Origin: Camelus ferus
Lineage: Eukaryota
Assembly: GCF_009834535.1 (NCBI RefSeq)
Contig: NC_045720.1
Span: 310,001 to 374,000 of the forward strand
Length of the DNA stretch: 64,000 bases
Reading direction: 5' to 3'
Shown here: positions 1 to 15,144 of the stretch, in pieces
Layout of the letters: each line of letters starts with the position of its first letter
Numbering within the stretch: position 1 is the stretch's first letter
The notes under the pieces: generated by a model
The model's database searches: none
The model's input: only the letters and a program-made list of their open reading frames with translations
What the model was told of the DNA's origin: nothing
Position numbers and translations under genes: made by a program

Positions 1-260
1 CAGGGAATGTACAAGATGCAATGCCAAGTGAGGAAGTGCTGGAGGGACGAGGGGAGACCATGGGATGTGTCCGGGACACAGAGCTCCCAGAGGCCAAACC
101 TGGAGCACCTTGAGCCACAGAATAAAGTTGTATTGGATTATAACCCAAAGTGTAGGATGAATGTCCCAAGCCCATACTGATGTGAATGACTAGATACAGA
201 TTTTTCATGCATAAAAATGACAATTTATGTAGATAAGAGGGCCCGTCATCAAGTAGGGGA
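1..260 (+). mobile_element. Old LINE-1 (L1MC-like) 3' fragment in an ARHGAP39 intron
   Basis: AT-richer segment containing attggattataacccaaagt...cccatactgat, resembling L1MC-type 3' UTR consensus as I recall it. Boundaries approximate. Confidence 0.5.
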
Positions 261-798
261 GTGTGACACCCACTTGGCTGTGCACCTCGACTTCTTATGA
301 GAGCATGGGATGGTGGTGTGGGGGTCCTCATCGGCAGTGCCAAGTTATTTTGTGCAGAGTGGGAGGCGCCCAGATCAGCCTGAGAGGAGAGCCAGGCCCC
401 TCCAGTCTTGCTCAGTGCCTCCAGCACCAGCTCCACAGCTCAGCCCCAGGAGAGCAGCCATGGAGGGCCTGGACGGCTGGGCTGGGGCCTCCTCGAGGGA
501 CTCCACACCCCTGGCTTTCTGCCAGCCAGAAGGCCGTGAGCTGACCGCCCCGCCTCCCCACTGGCGCCTTCCCAGCCACATGGCCCAGATGTGCCCACAC
601 ATGGACCTGCACCTCTGTATGGACGCACCCCGTCCCCAGGAGCACGAGCAGGACGCAGCTGTGATGGGACACTGGCCCCACCCCAGCACTCCCAGCCGGC
701 GGCCCTGTCTGCCCGGAGGGTCCAGCTGTGCCAGGACCTGTACGGGCCTGCGTTCCTCCTTGTGCTCTGTGGCCCTCACCACTCTGTTTGCTCCCCAG

Positions 799-5384
<4,586 letters not shown>

Positions 5385-6548
5385 CACCTGGGCACCAAAG
5401 GACCAAGGGTGGGGACAGAGCCTGCCCAGGTGCGCGGGGTCAGGGGAGCACGCAGGGAGGGGGGAGGGAACGCCCCAGCCGCGGAGGTAGCATGCCAGGC
5501 TCCGCCCATGCCCGCCCCAGCCCTGGAACCCCCATTTCCCCCACCCAGGCCCTCGGCCTGAGGGCGCAGCCAGGGCAGAGGGGCTGCAGGAAGGGTGCCT
5601 CTAGCCACCACCACCCACCCACCCCCGCCTCGTGGCCAGTTCGGTGGGCACTGCCCCACCCACCACAAGCCGCGGATCAGCCCCAAGAAAGTGCCTTTTG
5701 TTTCCTGGAGCCAAGTGACACTGCCCCTCCCGGCCGGCCCGAGAGCACAAGCCGCCCTCCCCGGGTGAGCTGCCTTGCTGGGGCTCCTGCGCTCAGCCTA
5801 GCCCTGGTCTGGGCCCAGCGTGGCTGCCCCTTTCTCCTCCTCTGCTCTCTCTTACCCTCGGTCTCCTGGCCTACAACTTCCGCCCTCCCGGTCCCTTCCC
5901 GCCCCCTTCCCCACCACCTGTGGCTTCCATGGTGGTGACTGCACAGGAATTTGCGGGCTTAAGGACACTGGGCTGTCCACCACCAGAGCCGAGCCAGGCT
6001 GGCCCAGGGTCCGGTAGATGCTCTCTAGGTGTGGAGGGAGCCCCCAAACCAAAGTCCTCTGGGGTGGGGGCAGGGTTGGGCAGGCATTCTTGGGGCAGGG
6101 TGGGGGAGGGGCGAGAATATTTTTTTCTTCGTGTAACTATAAATTCAGAATCTATCCTGCACCCCAGCCCGCCTGTGTATAGAGATATAAATAGAGCGAA
6201 ACATATAAGAACTAAATTTGCTAATGACATAGTCTTAACCCAAATGTTATTTATTTGAGTTGTTCTCGTCTGTCCTCTTCAGACAAGTTGGTATCATTCC
6301 TTCATTTTTCTCTCCACCCTCCTGGCTTCTGACCAAAAACCAAACCCTGCCCTATCCCTATTCAGGACCTGCAGCAGATGAGAGGGAAGGAACCCCGAGC
6401 TCGGGGACTAGGGTGGCGCTGGGGACTCCCCTTCCTCGAGGCCAGAGCTGGGGGGTGGTGGGGAGGTACCTAGATTTTCAGTTTGTGTATTTTCCATTTT
6501 GGAATTTTGAGTTCCAACTGTCGTAGAACTTAATTTCCCCCTAGTTTT

Positions 6549-6562
6549 TATATATATATATA
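6549..6562. repeat. (TA)n microsatellite in ARHGAP39 3' UTR
   Basis: About 7 TA units flanked by T runs. Confidence 0.8.
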
Positions 6563-6736
6563 TTTTTTAGAGTTGAGTTTTTATTTATTATTAAAGACAA
6601 AAAAGCCCAGCCCTGCCGAGACCCGGGTGTCCCCTGGGGGAACGTCCTCAGTCGGGTGGTCTTGGGCCCTGAGGAGGCGCAGTGGGTCCACAGACTCGCT
6701 CTGACGCATGGTCGAGAGGTGACAACACTCTGTGTG

Positions 6737-6742
6737 AATAAA
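6737..6742 (+). terminator. ARHGAP39 polyadenylation signal AATAAA (alternative ATTAAA at 6590-6595)
   Basis: Canonical hexamer after an AU-rich 3' UTR, followed by T/GT-rich sequence. Confidence 0.7.
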
Positions 6743-6899
6743 GTACATATAGACACTTGCAAACCTTGGTCGCTGCCTGTTGCCTTCCGTTCCTTCCAGT
6801 TGCAGCGGGGTTTGCGGGGGGGTCTGGGTTGGGGCTCTGGGCAGCTCACTGTTAGCGGCCAGTCGGTTGCCGGCGTGGACGCCAGGCCAAGGGAGAATG

Positions 6900-9700
6900 G
6901 GGGGCGGAGAGACTGGAACAGGGGTGGAAGGGAGAGTAAGGCAGCTTCCCTGAAACGACGGCGAGGTGATGAATCGCGGACGCGGCTCCAGGTAGGTGCG
7001 CAGGATGAGAGGCATCCTGGGCCGGCTGCGGCCACCTGAATTATCATACTCGACCCCGAAGCCCCGCCCGATTGCTGGGGTCTTTGTCTGACCTGCCCTC
7101 CTCTGAGGCACGCATAGGCTTCTAGGCAGTGTTTATTCACCATCTCTTTGTTCAGCACCTAGTTGGACGCGCAGTCGGCCCCGCCGAGCTGGCTTCCCAG
7201 GGGATGGGGGAGGAGACAGTGAGGGTAGCTCGCCCATTAGGGGACAGCCAGCTTCCGAGAGCAGAGGGACTGGGCCCGCAAGCCCGCCAGCGCCCCGGCC
7301 CCAGCCCCGGCCGGTGACCCCGTCCTGAACTCGCCTGCACCCCACCGTCGGGCAGCCCCGCCCGCCACCCTTTCCCCAGCCGAACGGCAGCGCGGCGAGC
7401 CCCTAAGGCCCAAAGAAGGAAGAACGTCGGGGCCGTCCTGGGGACGCGCGAGGCCAGGCCGGGTGCGCTCGGTGGCCGCAACTGGAACCCAAAGCGCAAG
7501 GTCGCAGTCGCAGGGGGGGGACGTACGTTTGCGCAGCACCGCCCCCTCGTGACCCTCTGACCGCTTCCGGCGAGAAAGGAGGATGTGGGCGACGCGTGGG
7601 GCTCTCCGGGCCTGGGCTCTCCGGGCCTGGGCCCTTGGCTTGGCGCGGTCCCTGGGGACCCGGGCCTGCGGCGGGGTTGGAGGCGTCTCCTACACGCAGG
7701 GCCAGAGCCCAGAGCCGCGGACGCGGGAATACTTTTACTACTTGGATCATCAGGGCCAGGTTGGCGGGGAGGGGGCGGGGCCTGAGGGAGGCCCTTGCGA
7801 GAGAGGTGGGGCCTGGCGGTAGGCGTCTGAGGGGCGGGGTCTTTAAAGTAAGTGAGTGCGACTGGTGGGCGGGGGCGGCGCGCCGCGCCGGAGCGACTGG
7901 GGCGCCTGGTCCCGGCCCCAGAGGGCTAGGCCCCTAGCAGCCAACCTCCCGCAAGTGGTTGCACTCCGCTCGCTTTGCATCCCCAGCTCTTGCAGCCCCC
8001 AGCCCTGGGCCGCCCCACCTGCTTTGGAAGCTTTGGCGGGGGTGTCCGCCATGTCCAGGGGGAAGCAAGTCAGCCTCCGCGGAGGCGGCACATAGAAACT
8101 CGAAAGGAGGAGGGAAGAGGCATGGGGAAGACGTGTCAGGCCAGAGAACCTGTGCGTGAGGAAGCATGGCCTGGAGTGCGGGGTGGATACGGGGAAGTCG
8201 GCAGGGGTTTACCTTCCACGCGCCTCTCTGCACTCGGTGTGCACAGACGACCAAGGAAAGAGGACGCCCACCGGGGCCTTCCCGCTCTGGGGCCAGCTCT
8301 GTCGGGCTTCCACCTGGGACTGATGGGTCACGGCCTGCCCCTCTGTCTGCAGCTTTTCCTAGATGACTCCAAAATGAAGAACTTCATCACCTGCTTCAAA
8401 GGTACTTACGCCCTCTCCTCCCCGACCTTCCCTCGCTTCGGAGAAGGCCCTGAAGGGCTCCGCTGCCCAACCTGTTGCTGGGCCTGCCCGCAGCGGGGTA
8501 CTGGGAGTCCTGCGCTCCAGAGCTTCCTGTCTGGAGGCAGGCCAGGACAGCTCACCAACACCCGGTGCCTGCCCTTGGTGTCGCCCAGGGTTAGCCGCCT
8601 GCCTGGGGGCAGTAGGGCCCAGGGGCCTTGGGGCCCGGCATGCTGAGCAGCCGCGCTCTTCGGTCCCCCAGACCCGCAGTTCCTGGTCGTCTTCTTCTCT
8701 CGCCTGAGACCCAACCGCAGCGGGCGCTACGAGGCCTCCTTCCCCTTCCTCTCACCATGCGGCAGGGAGCGCAACTTCCTCCGCTGCGAGGACCGGCCCG
8801 TGGTCTTCACGCACCTGCTGGCCGCGGACGCCGGGCCCCCGCGCCTCTCCTACTGCGGCGGCGGCGAGGCCCTGGCCGTACCCTTCGAGCCGGCGCGCCT
8901 GCTGCCCCTGGCCGCCAATGGGCGGCTCTACCACCCAGCGCCGGAGCGCGCGGGCGGTGTAGGGCTGGTGCGATCGGCCCTGGCCTTCGAGCTCAGCGCC
9001 TGCTTCGAGTACGCGCCCGGCGCGCCAGACCTGCCCTCTCACGTGTGTTGGCAGGGCCGCCGTTTCGCGCTCACTATGGACCTGGCCCCGCTGCTGCTCG
9101 CTGCCCCGCCACCCTGAGCGGCGCCGCGCGGCCCGCGTCGCTGCGCACGCGCCATCCAGAGAGCTCGCCGGCTGAGGCTGAGTGCGCGTGCGCGGCGAAG
9201 GTGCACCGCTGTCCCGCTGCCCCGCCCCGCCCGGCGCTGTCCGAGGTGCTGCCGCGGCCCGGGCCCCGACACGGGGAGGGGCTGGGTCACCAGCCCTCGG
9301 TCCCTCCCCACTCACCTCGCCTGGGGTGTCCTCGGCGTTCTCTGGTTCGGCCGGCGCTCGCGACGGCAGACCCGGGCGGCCGGGCGGGAGGAGCCGGCGC
9401 TCCAGTGCGCGAGCGGCGCCCGCCCCTCCCCCACCCTGCGCTGCTCGGTGGGCCAGGGTTCGGCTGGGGAGCCGCGCCGCGGAAGCGTCAGGTGAGGGGT
9501 CCGCCCGACCCAAGGTCAGCGGGCGAGGGGGCGGGATCGGGGGCCGTCCCTGCTCACCGAGAAGGGCGTGCGACCTGGCGGGGACCACGCCCTGCCCTGT
9601 ACCGGCCTGGGACAGACCATGCCTGAGGCCATGGACGATCAAGACTCCCGACTCTGCGCCTGAGAGGATCGCAGGTCTTCCCCTCTTACCCCTCCGAGCC
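6900..9700. promoter_or_regulatory. CpG island covering the C8orf82 promoter, the whole gene and the probable LRRC24 first exon
   Basis: Very high CG density by eye, GC boxes, ETS-like CTTCCGG just upstream of ATG 7583. Boundaries approximate. Confidence 0.75.
7583..9117 (+). CDS. C8orf82: C8orf82 orthologue (UPF0598/DUF4505 protein, probably mitochondrial), 223 aa
   Basis: Exons 7583-7759, 8353-8401, 8672-9117 (672 nt). Contains SYTQGQSPEPRTREYFYY, LFLDDSKMKNFITCFKD and FPFLSPCGRERNFLRCEDRPVVFTHLL. Confidence 0.95.
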
Positions 9701-10082
9701 TCCCTCCCCCTCAAATGGGTGCCCTGAGACAGTGACAACCCACCCCTGCCCAGCCGGATTAGGGGGTTTTCCCCTAGGTAAAAGGATTTCTGGGCTGGCC
9801 TCCCCTGCCCTTCCTGCTTGGGCCCTCATCCTTGCCCAGGCCAGCCTTTCTACACGAATCAGCATCTAGGAGCTGTCCATGAGAGCAGTAGTCCCCTGAG
9901 TCCTGAGAAGGAGGCCAAGAACCTTCTATATTTGAGAGGCCTTGCTGCTGGAAGCTGGGTGGCCACTCCTTTTGTTCAGGGAAATGGGTCCCAGGGGCTT
10001 CAGAGAATGCCCACAGTTTCTTGGGGCTCACCTACATTCTAAGACATCTGGGAACTGCCTCTGCCTGAGCCAAAGCTATTCC

Positions 10083-10088
10083 ATTAAA
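10083..10088 (+). terminator. Candidate C8orf82 polyA signal ATTAAA (second candidate AATAAA at 10865-10870)
   Basis: First canonical-type hexamers downstream of the stop at 9117. Confidence 0.5.
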
Positions 10089-11570
10089 ACTTTTGCTGTG
10101 CCTGTCTCTCTCCAGTGATTTTCAATAATCATGTGAGTTACAATTTAGAGCAAGACTCAAACAAACACCAAGGCCACTTACTGCCTTTCCACTCTTGCTA
10201 GTGGGGAGTCCTGGTGAGCAGGCAGGTGTTCAAGCAGGGACAGTGTGAGGTGGAGCTAAAGGCTCAGTGATAGCACACCCTCAGCCCCATCCCTGGCTTC
10301 AGACTGGCTGGCTTCTCAGCCCAAGTCCCCACCTTTAATTTGGACTCAATGTGCCCCAAGCTAGACCCAGGCCTTGCCCTCTCTCTAGGGTCACATTTGC
10401 ATGAACATAAACCCAACACACTACTCCCCACTTCAGTCCAGGAAGTCACTGCCCCCAGAGCCTACTTGGGAAACACCACTAGAAACCCAGTTGGTGGCCC
10501 AAGGCCCATCTTTCCCACCCCAGCCATTCCAGGGCCCCACATGCCCCCCAAAAGAGGGGCCCTTTACTGGGAGCCAGCATGGAGAAGACAGGCCCACACC
10601 TTCCAAACTGACTTTCCTGCTGTTTGTCTCACCCCTGATTATCTAACAAACTCCCTGAGGAAAAAGCCCTAATTCTAGCTAAGCTGTTCCAGCCACTTCC
10701 ACTCCCAGGAGGGCAGGGGCAGAGGCTGGACAAAGCTGTGCCTCGATTTTCCTGTGGCTGGTGCCTCCCCTGAGACCAGTTGTGCCCATATCCTCCATCA
10801 AGTTACACCAGGTGAATCCCAGGTTTGAGGACAGAGCATGAGTTCCAGGGATAAAAATGACCAGAATAAATGCTGGGTCAAGGTCAGCTGAAGGCAGGGA
10901 AGGAGTGTGGAGCCTTGGGCCTTGTCCTGGGGGCACAAAAAGGACCTCTACTCTAAGCTCTGTGCCTTCAAGGTCTGACGCCAGTCCCCACAGAGTGAAG
11001 AGTCTATGTGGACATGGGGTTGTGTCTGCCCAGAGGCTGCTCTTCCCATTCTAGTCCACGCTGTGGTAAATGACCCCAAACTTCACCCTTGTGTCCCCAA
11101 GGCCATACCTTTCACCAGCCTCTTGCACCCAAGATCCAAGGAGTGGCTGTTGTTAGGGTGTAGAGGGCACGGCAGTCAAGATGTCCTCGTGCATGAGCAG
11201 GAAATTCCTCAGTGCTAGTAGAGATGGGATGGGGAGAAAAGCAGGCTGGGATGGGGTGGGCTGTCCCCATGTGGCCTGTGTGGCAAGACTCTGAGGACAG
11301 AAGAAATTCTAAATTGGAACCTGATGCCCCAGATCTTTACGACTTTTTATAAAGGAAGGCAATGAACGTTTAATCAGTTTCTCAAGCTGATTTAAAACTT
11401 AAAAAAATTCAGACACAGGATGTGTGCCTCCAGCCATCCTTTTTAGTGGCTCTCAAATGTTAAAAACAGGCAGAACCTGTGTTTCAGGAGGCGCGTCCCA
11501 ACCAGGGCTGGACTGGAGGCAGGCTGGTGAGGAGGCTGCGGCTTTGCGGTGCGCACCTGTCCCACGGGAG

Positions 11571-14114
11571 ATGGCCCCAGGGGCACCCACATTGCTGTTG
11601 CTGTTGCTGTTGCTGCTGTCACTATCCAGTGTCCTGCCCTGCGCTGCCAGCTGTCCGGCTGCCTGCCGCTGCTACAGCGCCACAGTGGAGTGCGGTGCCC
11701 TGCAGCTCCACGTCATCCCACCTGGGATCCCGCCCGGGACACAGGTGGGCACCTGCATGGAGGCTGCTGGGCTGCAGGGGAGGGGTGCCTGAGATGCAGA
11801 GGGATGGGGATGTGTTTCCTCGTGGGTGGTTGGGCCCCCTAGGGAAGAGACAGCCCCAGTGGGGTAAATGCCCTCCCTCCCTCTGGCCCCACAGACACTG
11901 TTCCTGCAGGACAACTGCATTGCACACCTGGAACCCGGTGTCTTGACGCCTCTGGCCTCCTTGCGCCATCTCTACCTGCACAACAACAGCCTGCACGCTC
12001 TGGAGCCAGGTGCCTTCCGCGCGCAGTCGCGCCTGCTGGAGCTGGCGCTCACCAGCAATGGGCTGCGAGGCTTGCGTGTAGGCGCTTTTGCTGGTCTGGC
12101 CCAACTGCGTGTACTCTACCTAGCCGGTAACCAGCTGGTGCAGCTGCTGGATTTCACCTTCCTACACCTGCAGGTGAGTGGGGAGAAGGGTGGGCAAGGG
12201 CAACAGTTTTCCTGCATTGCCACATGCCCTGCCCGACGGGAGTATGGAAAGGGAGTTCTCCGTCAGCACAGTCCAGCCTGGTAAGAAGGGGACCTGTCCT
12301 CCAAGGCCCCTTTCCCTGATGATCTACTGTCCCTGATTCAGCGACTGCAGGAGCTGCACCTGCAGGAAAACAGCATTGAGCTGCTGGAGGATCAGGCCCT
12401 GGCCGGGCTCTCTTCGCTGGCCCTGCTGGACCTCAGCAGGAACCAGCTGGGCACCATCAGCCGAGAGGCCCTGCAGCCCCTAGCCAGCCTGCAGGTCCTA
12501 CGCCTCACAGGTACCGCTTATGGGGTCAAGGGGGTCTCATGCAAAGGTAGCTTCCTTGGCCACAGTGATGACAGTAGGGAGCAGGCCCAGCTGTGGAAGG
12601 GTCTCCAATGGCAGTGCTCTGCAGGGCCACACCACCACCCACAGACATGATAGAAGACTGCTAGGAACAGGGGTGCTGGTAGGGGCAGTTCGGGGACCCC
12701 GCCCAAGGAAGACAGAAAAAGTACAAGTCCCTGAACAGACTGGACAGAGCTGAGTGGCATGCACACTTTGGGGCCATCAGAGGGCAGGCAGGCAAAAACT
12801 GGACAGATGAGACCAGGACTGGGGCCATTTCCTGGAGACAGCACCTGAAGGCAGGGCCAAGAGGATGTGCGAAGTTTCAGTGCTGGTGGGATGTCTATGT
12901 GAACACAGAGGTTCCCCCAAATAGTGAGATTTGTTGCAGGGAGAGGCTTCAGAGGAGTGGGGACTTTCCGAGAGGTTAGTGAAGTGAACTAGAACATGCA
13001 TCACGGAACGGAGTTGCGGGTGGGGGTGTGCCCGCCTACACACTAAGGAGCTTAGGGGTCAGAGAAGGGGTGGCAGAGGTCCCTGACTGTGGGAGGTGGG
13101 AAAAGGACTCCTGCTCTGGCCAACAACCCAACTGCACAGACTGTGTTCTGGAGGCACCTGAGCTACCTGCCCGCCGCTGCTCTGCCCACAGAGAACCCAT
13201 GGCGCTGTGACTGTGCCCTGCACTGGCTGGGAGCCTGGATCAAAGAGGGGGGCCAGCGGCTGCTCAGCTCCAGGGACAGGAAGATCATGTGTGCAGAGCC
13301 TCCCCGCCTGGCACTTCAGAGTCTCCTGGACGTGTCTGGCAGTAGCCTCATCTGCATCCCACCCTCTGTGCACGTGGAGCCGCTGGAGGTGACAGCCAAC
13401 CTGGGTGAGGACCTACGGGTTGCCTGCCAGGCTTCTGGCTACCCGCAGCCCCTCGTGACCTGGAGAAAGGTGGCACAGCCTCGCGAGGGGCCGCCGCCGG
13501 CCCCAGCTCAACCAGAAGGTGGGGTGCCGGTCCCAGGCGGGTCCGGGGCCTCTGACACGGGCAGCGGCATGCTTTTCCTCACCAACATCACCCTGGCCCA
13601 CGCCGGCAAGTACGAGTGCGAGGCCTCCAACGCCGGCGGCGCCGCCCGCGTACCCTTCCAGCTCCTGGTCAACCTGTCCCGGCAGCAGCAGCTGGCGCCC
13701 GCGCCGCCCCCGGCCGCCGGCCCCATCAGCCACGAGCCCCTGCCCGAAGCAGGCAGCATGGCCTTCCGCGCCCTGGGCCTGGCCATGCAGACGGTCATCG
13801 CGGCGGCCATTGCGCTCCTGGCGCTCACGGCGCTCCTGCTGGCGACCATGATCTGCCGCCGGCGACGCAGGCGCAAAAAAGTGCCAGGGCCTCCGGGGGA
13901 GGGCGCTCTCTTCGTCAACGACTACTCCGAAGGCCCCTACACCTTCGCGCAGCTCGAGGAGCTACGCGACGAGCGGGGCCACGAGATGTTCGTCATCGAC
14001 CGCTCCAAGCCGCTCTTCGCCGAGAGTCCAGCGGAGACGACCGAGAGCACGGAACCCGGACCCGCGCAAGGGCTCCCACTGCAGCCTCCCGCCGCCTACG
14101 AGATCCACTGCTGA
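11571..14114 (+). CDS. LRRC24: Leucine-rich repeat-containing protein 24 (signal peptide, LRRs, LRRCT, Ig domain, TM helix), 514 aa
   Basis: Exons 11571-11744 (acceptor at 11488), 11895-12173, 12342-12510, 13192-14114 (1545 nt). Poly-Leu signal peptide, LxxLxLxxN repeats, ENPWRCDC cap, Ig GKYECEASN, TM helix followed by RRRRRRKK. Confidence 0.96.
11592..11618 (+). repeat. (TTGCTG)4 + CTG coding repeat giving 9 Leu in the LRRC24 signal peptide
   Basis: Perfect hexamer repeat in frame with ATG 11571. Confidence 0.9.
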
Positions 14115-14554
14115 GGGGCGGGCGGGCGGGCGGGCGCGCGCTGATGACGTAGGTCCCGCGGATTCGCTGGCCCGCGGTTCACCCCGCGCATGCTCCAACA
14201 TGCTCAGTAAAGGCTGGAAAGCTGCGCAGTGTGCTGCGAGCGTTGTGTGGCGTCCGGGGCGCGGAGCGAGACTCGAGCACCTAAGGACCCCGGCTCCCCA
14301 GTCGGAAGTCCTGCTGCGCGAAAGGAGGGTGGTAGGGTAGGCTGCCAACGCCCCGACTGAAGCCCTCCAGAAAAATCCCCCCCCCAAAGTCACCCGACCT
14401 CCAGCCCCGCCGCCTACTGGAGGAGCCTGGACCACCGCGAGGTGGGCGGGGTGGACTGTGGGGAAGCCTACGGAAGGGGAGGGGCAGCGGGCCTGAAGGC
14501 TTCGTACTCAGTGGCCATGCTAGGGGTGCAGCAGAGAAGGGGACAAGTCACTCT

Positions 14555-14560
14555 AATAAA
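14555..14560 (+). terminator. LRRC24 polyA signal AATAAA
   Basis: First canonical hexamer, 440 nt after the stop. Confidence 0.7.
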
Positions 14561-15144
14561 TTAAGACAGGAAAAAAAAAATCCACAAATTTAAGTTCTAA
14601 ACACACTGCACTTTTGTACCTTAAGGACACCTTCTGGCTCCAAAACCCAGCTGAGAGGCAGTCTCCTGGGTGTCAAGGTAGGAAGACCCCCTAAGAAGCC
14701 CCAGAGAGCGTGGGGGCTCAGTCCTCCTTGAAGCAGGCCTGTCCTAAGTTCCACCCCAGACCAGTCTGCTCTTGGGGAGGGCCCAGAGGAAAACACTCTC
14801 TCTTAGCTCACTGACCCCAGGAACATTCTGAAGAGAGAACCAGGACACCAGAGGGCAGCCAAATGCAGCTAAACCTAAGCAGGGCCGTGCAGGCCTAAAA
14901 TTCAGCCCGCAGGCCCGCAAGTGGTCAACCAGTCAGGTTAGCAGGTGCAGAACAAACTGCGCAGCGCGCTACAGAAAGCATGGGGAGGCTCAGGGTGCAC
15001 CCGGGAACAAGGAAATCAGAGACTAGTGCCTTTATGTCAGGCCTCCAGCAGGGTCCCCGCCAAGGCTCTGCCTACCCAAGGGGCAAGGGGCTTCCACGAA
15101 CCCTGGACCCCCGGACTGCCCGACTCTCACCCAGAGGCGAGAGG

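Noticed and set aside
8628-9738. Long overlapping ORFs (332 aa +, 328 aa -, 181 aa +) around C8orf82 exon 3
   Set aside because: Pro/Arg/Ala/Gly-rich alternative frames in an extremely GC-rich island where stops are rare; no recognisable domain.
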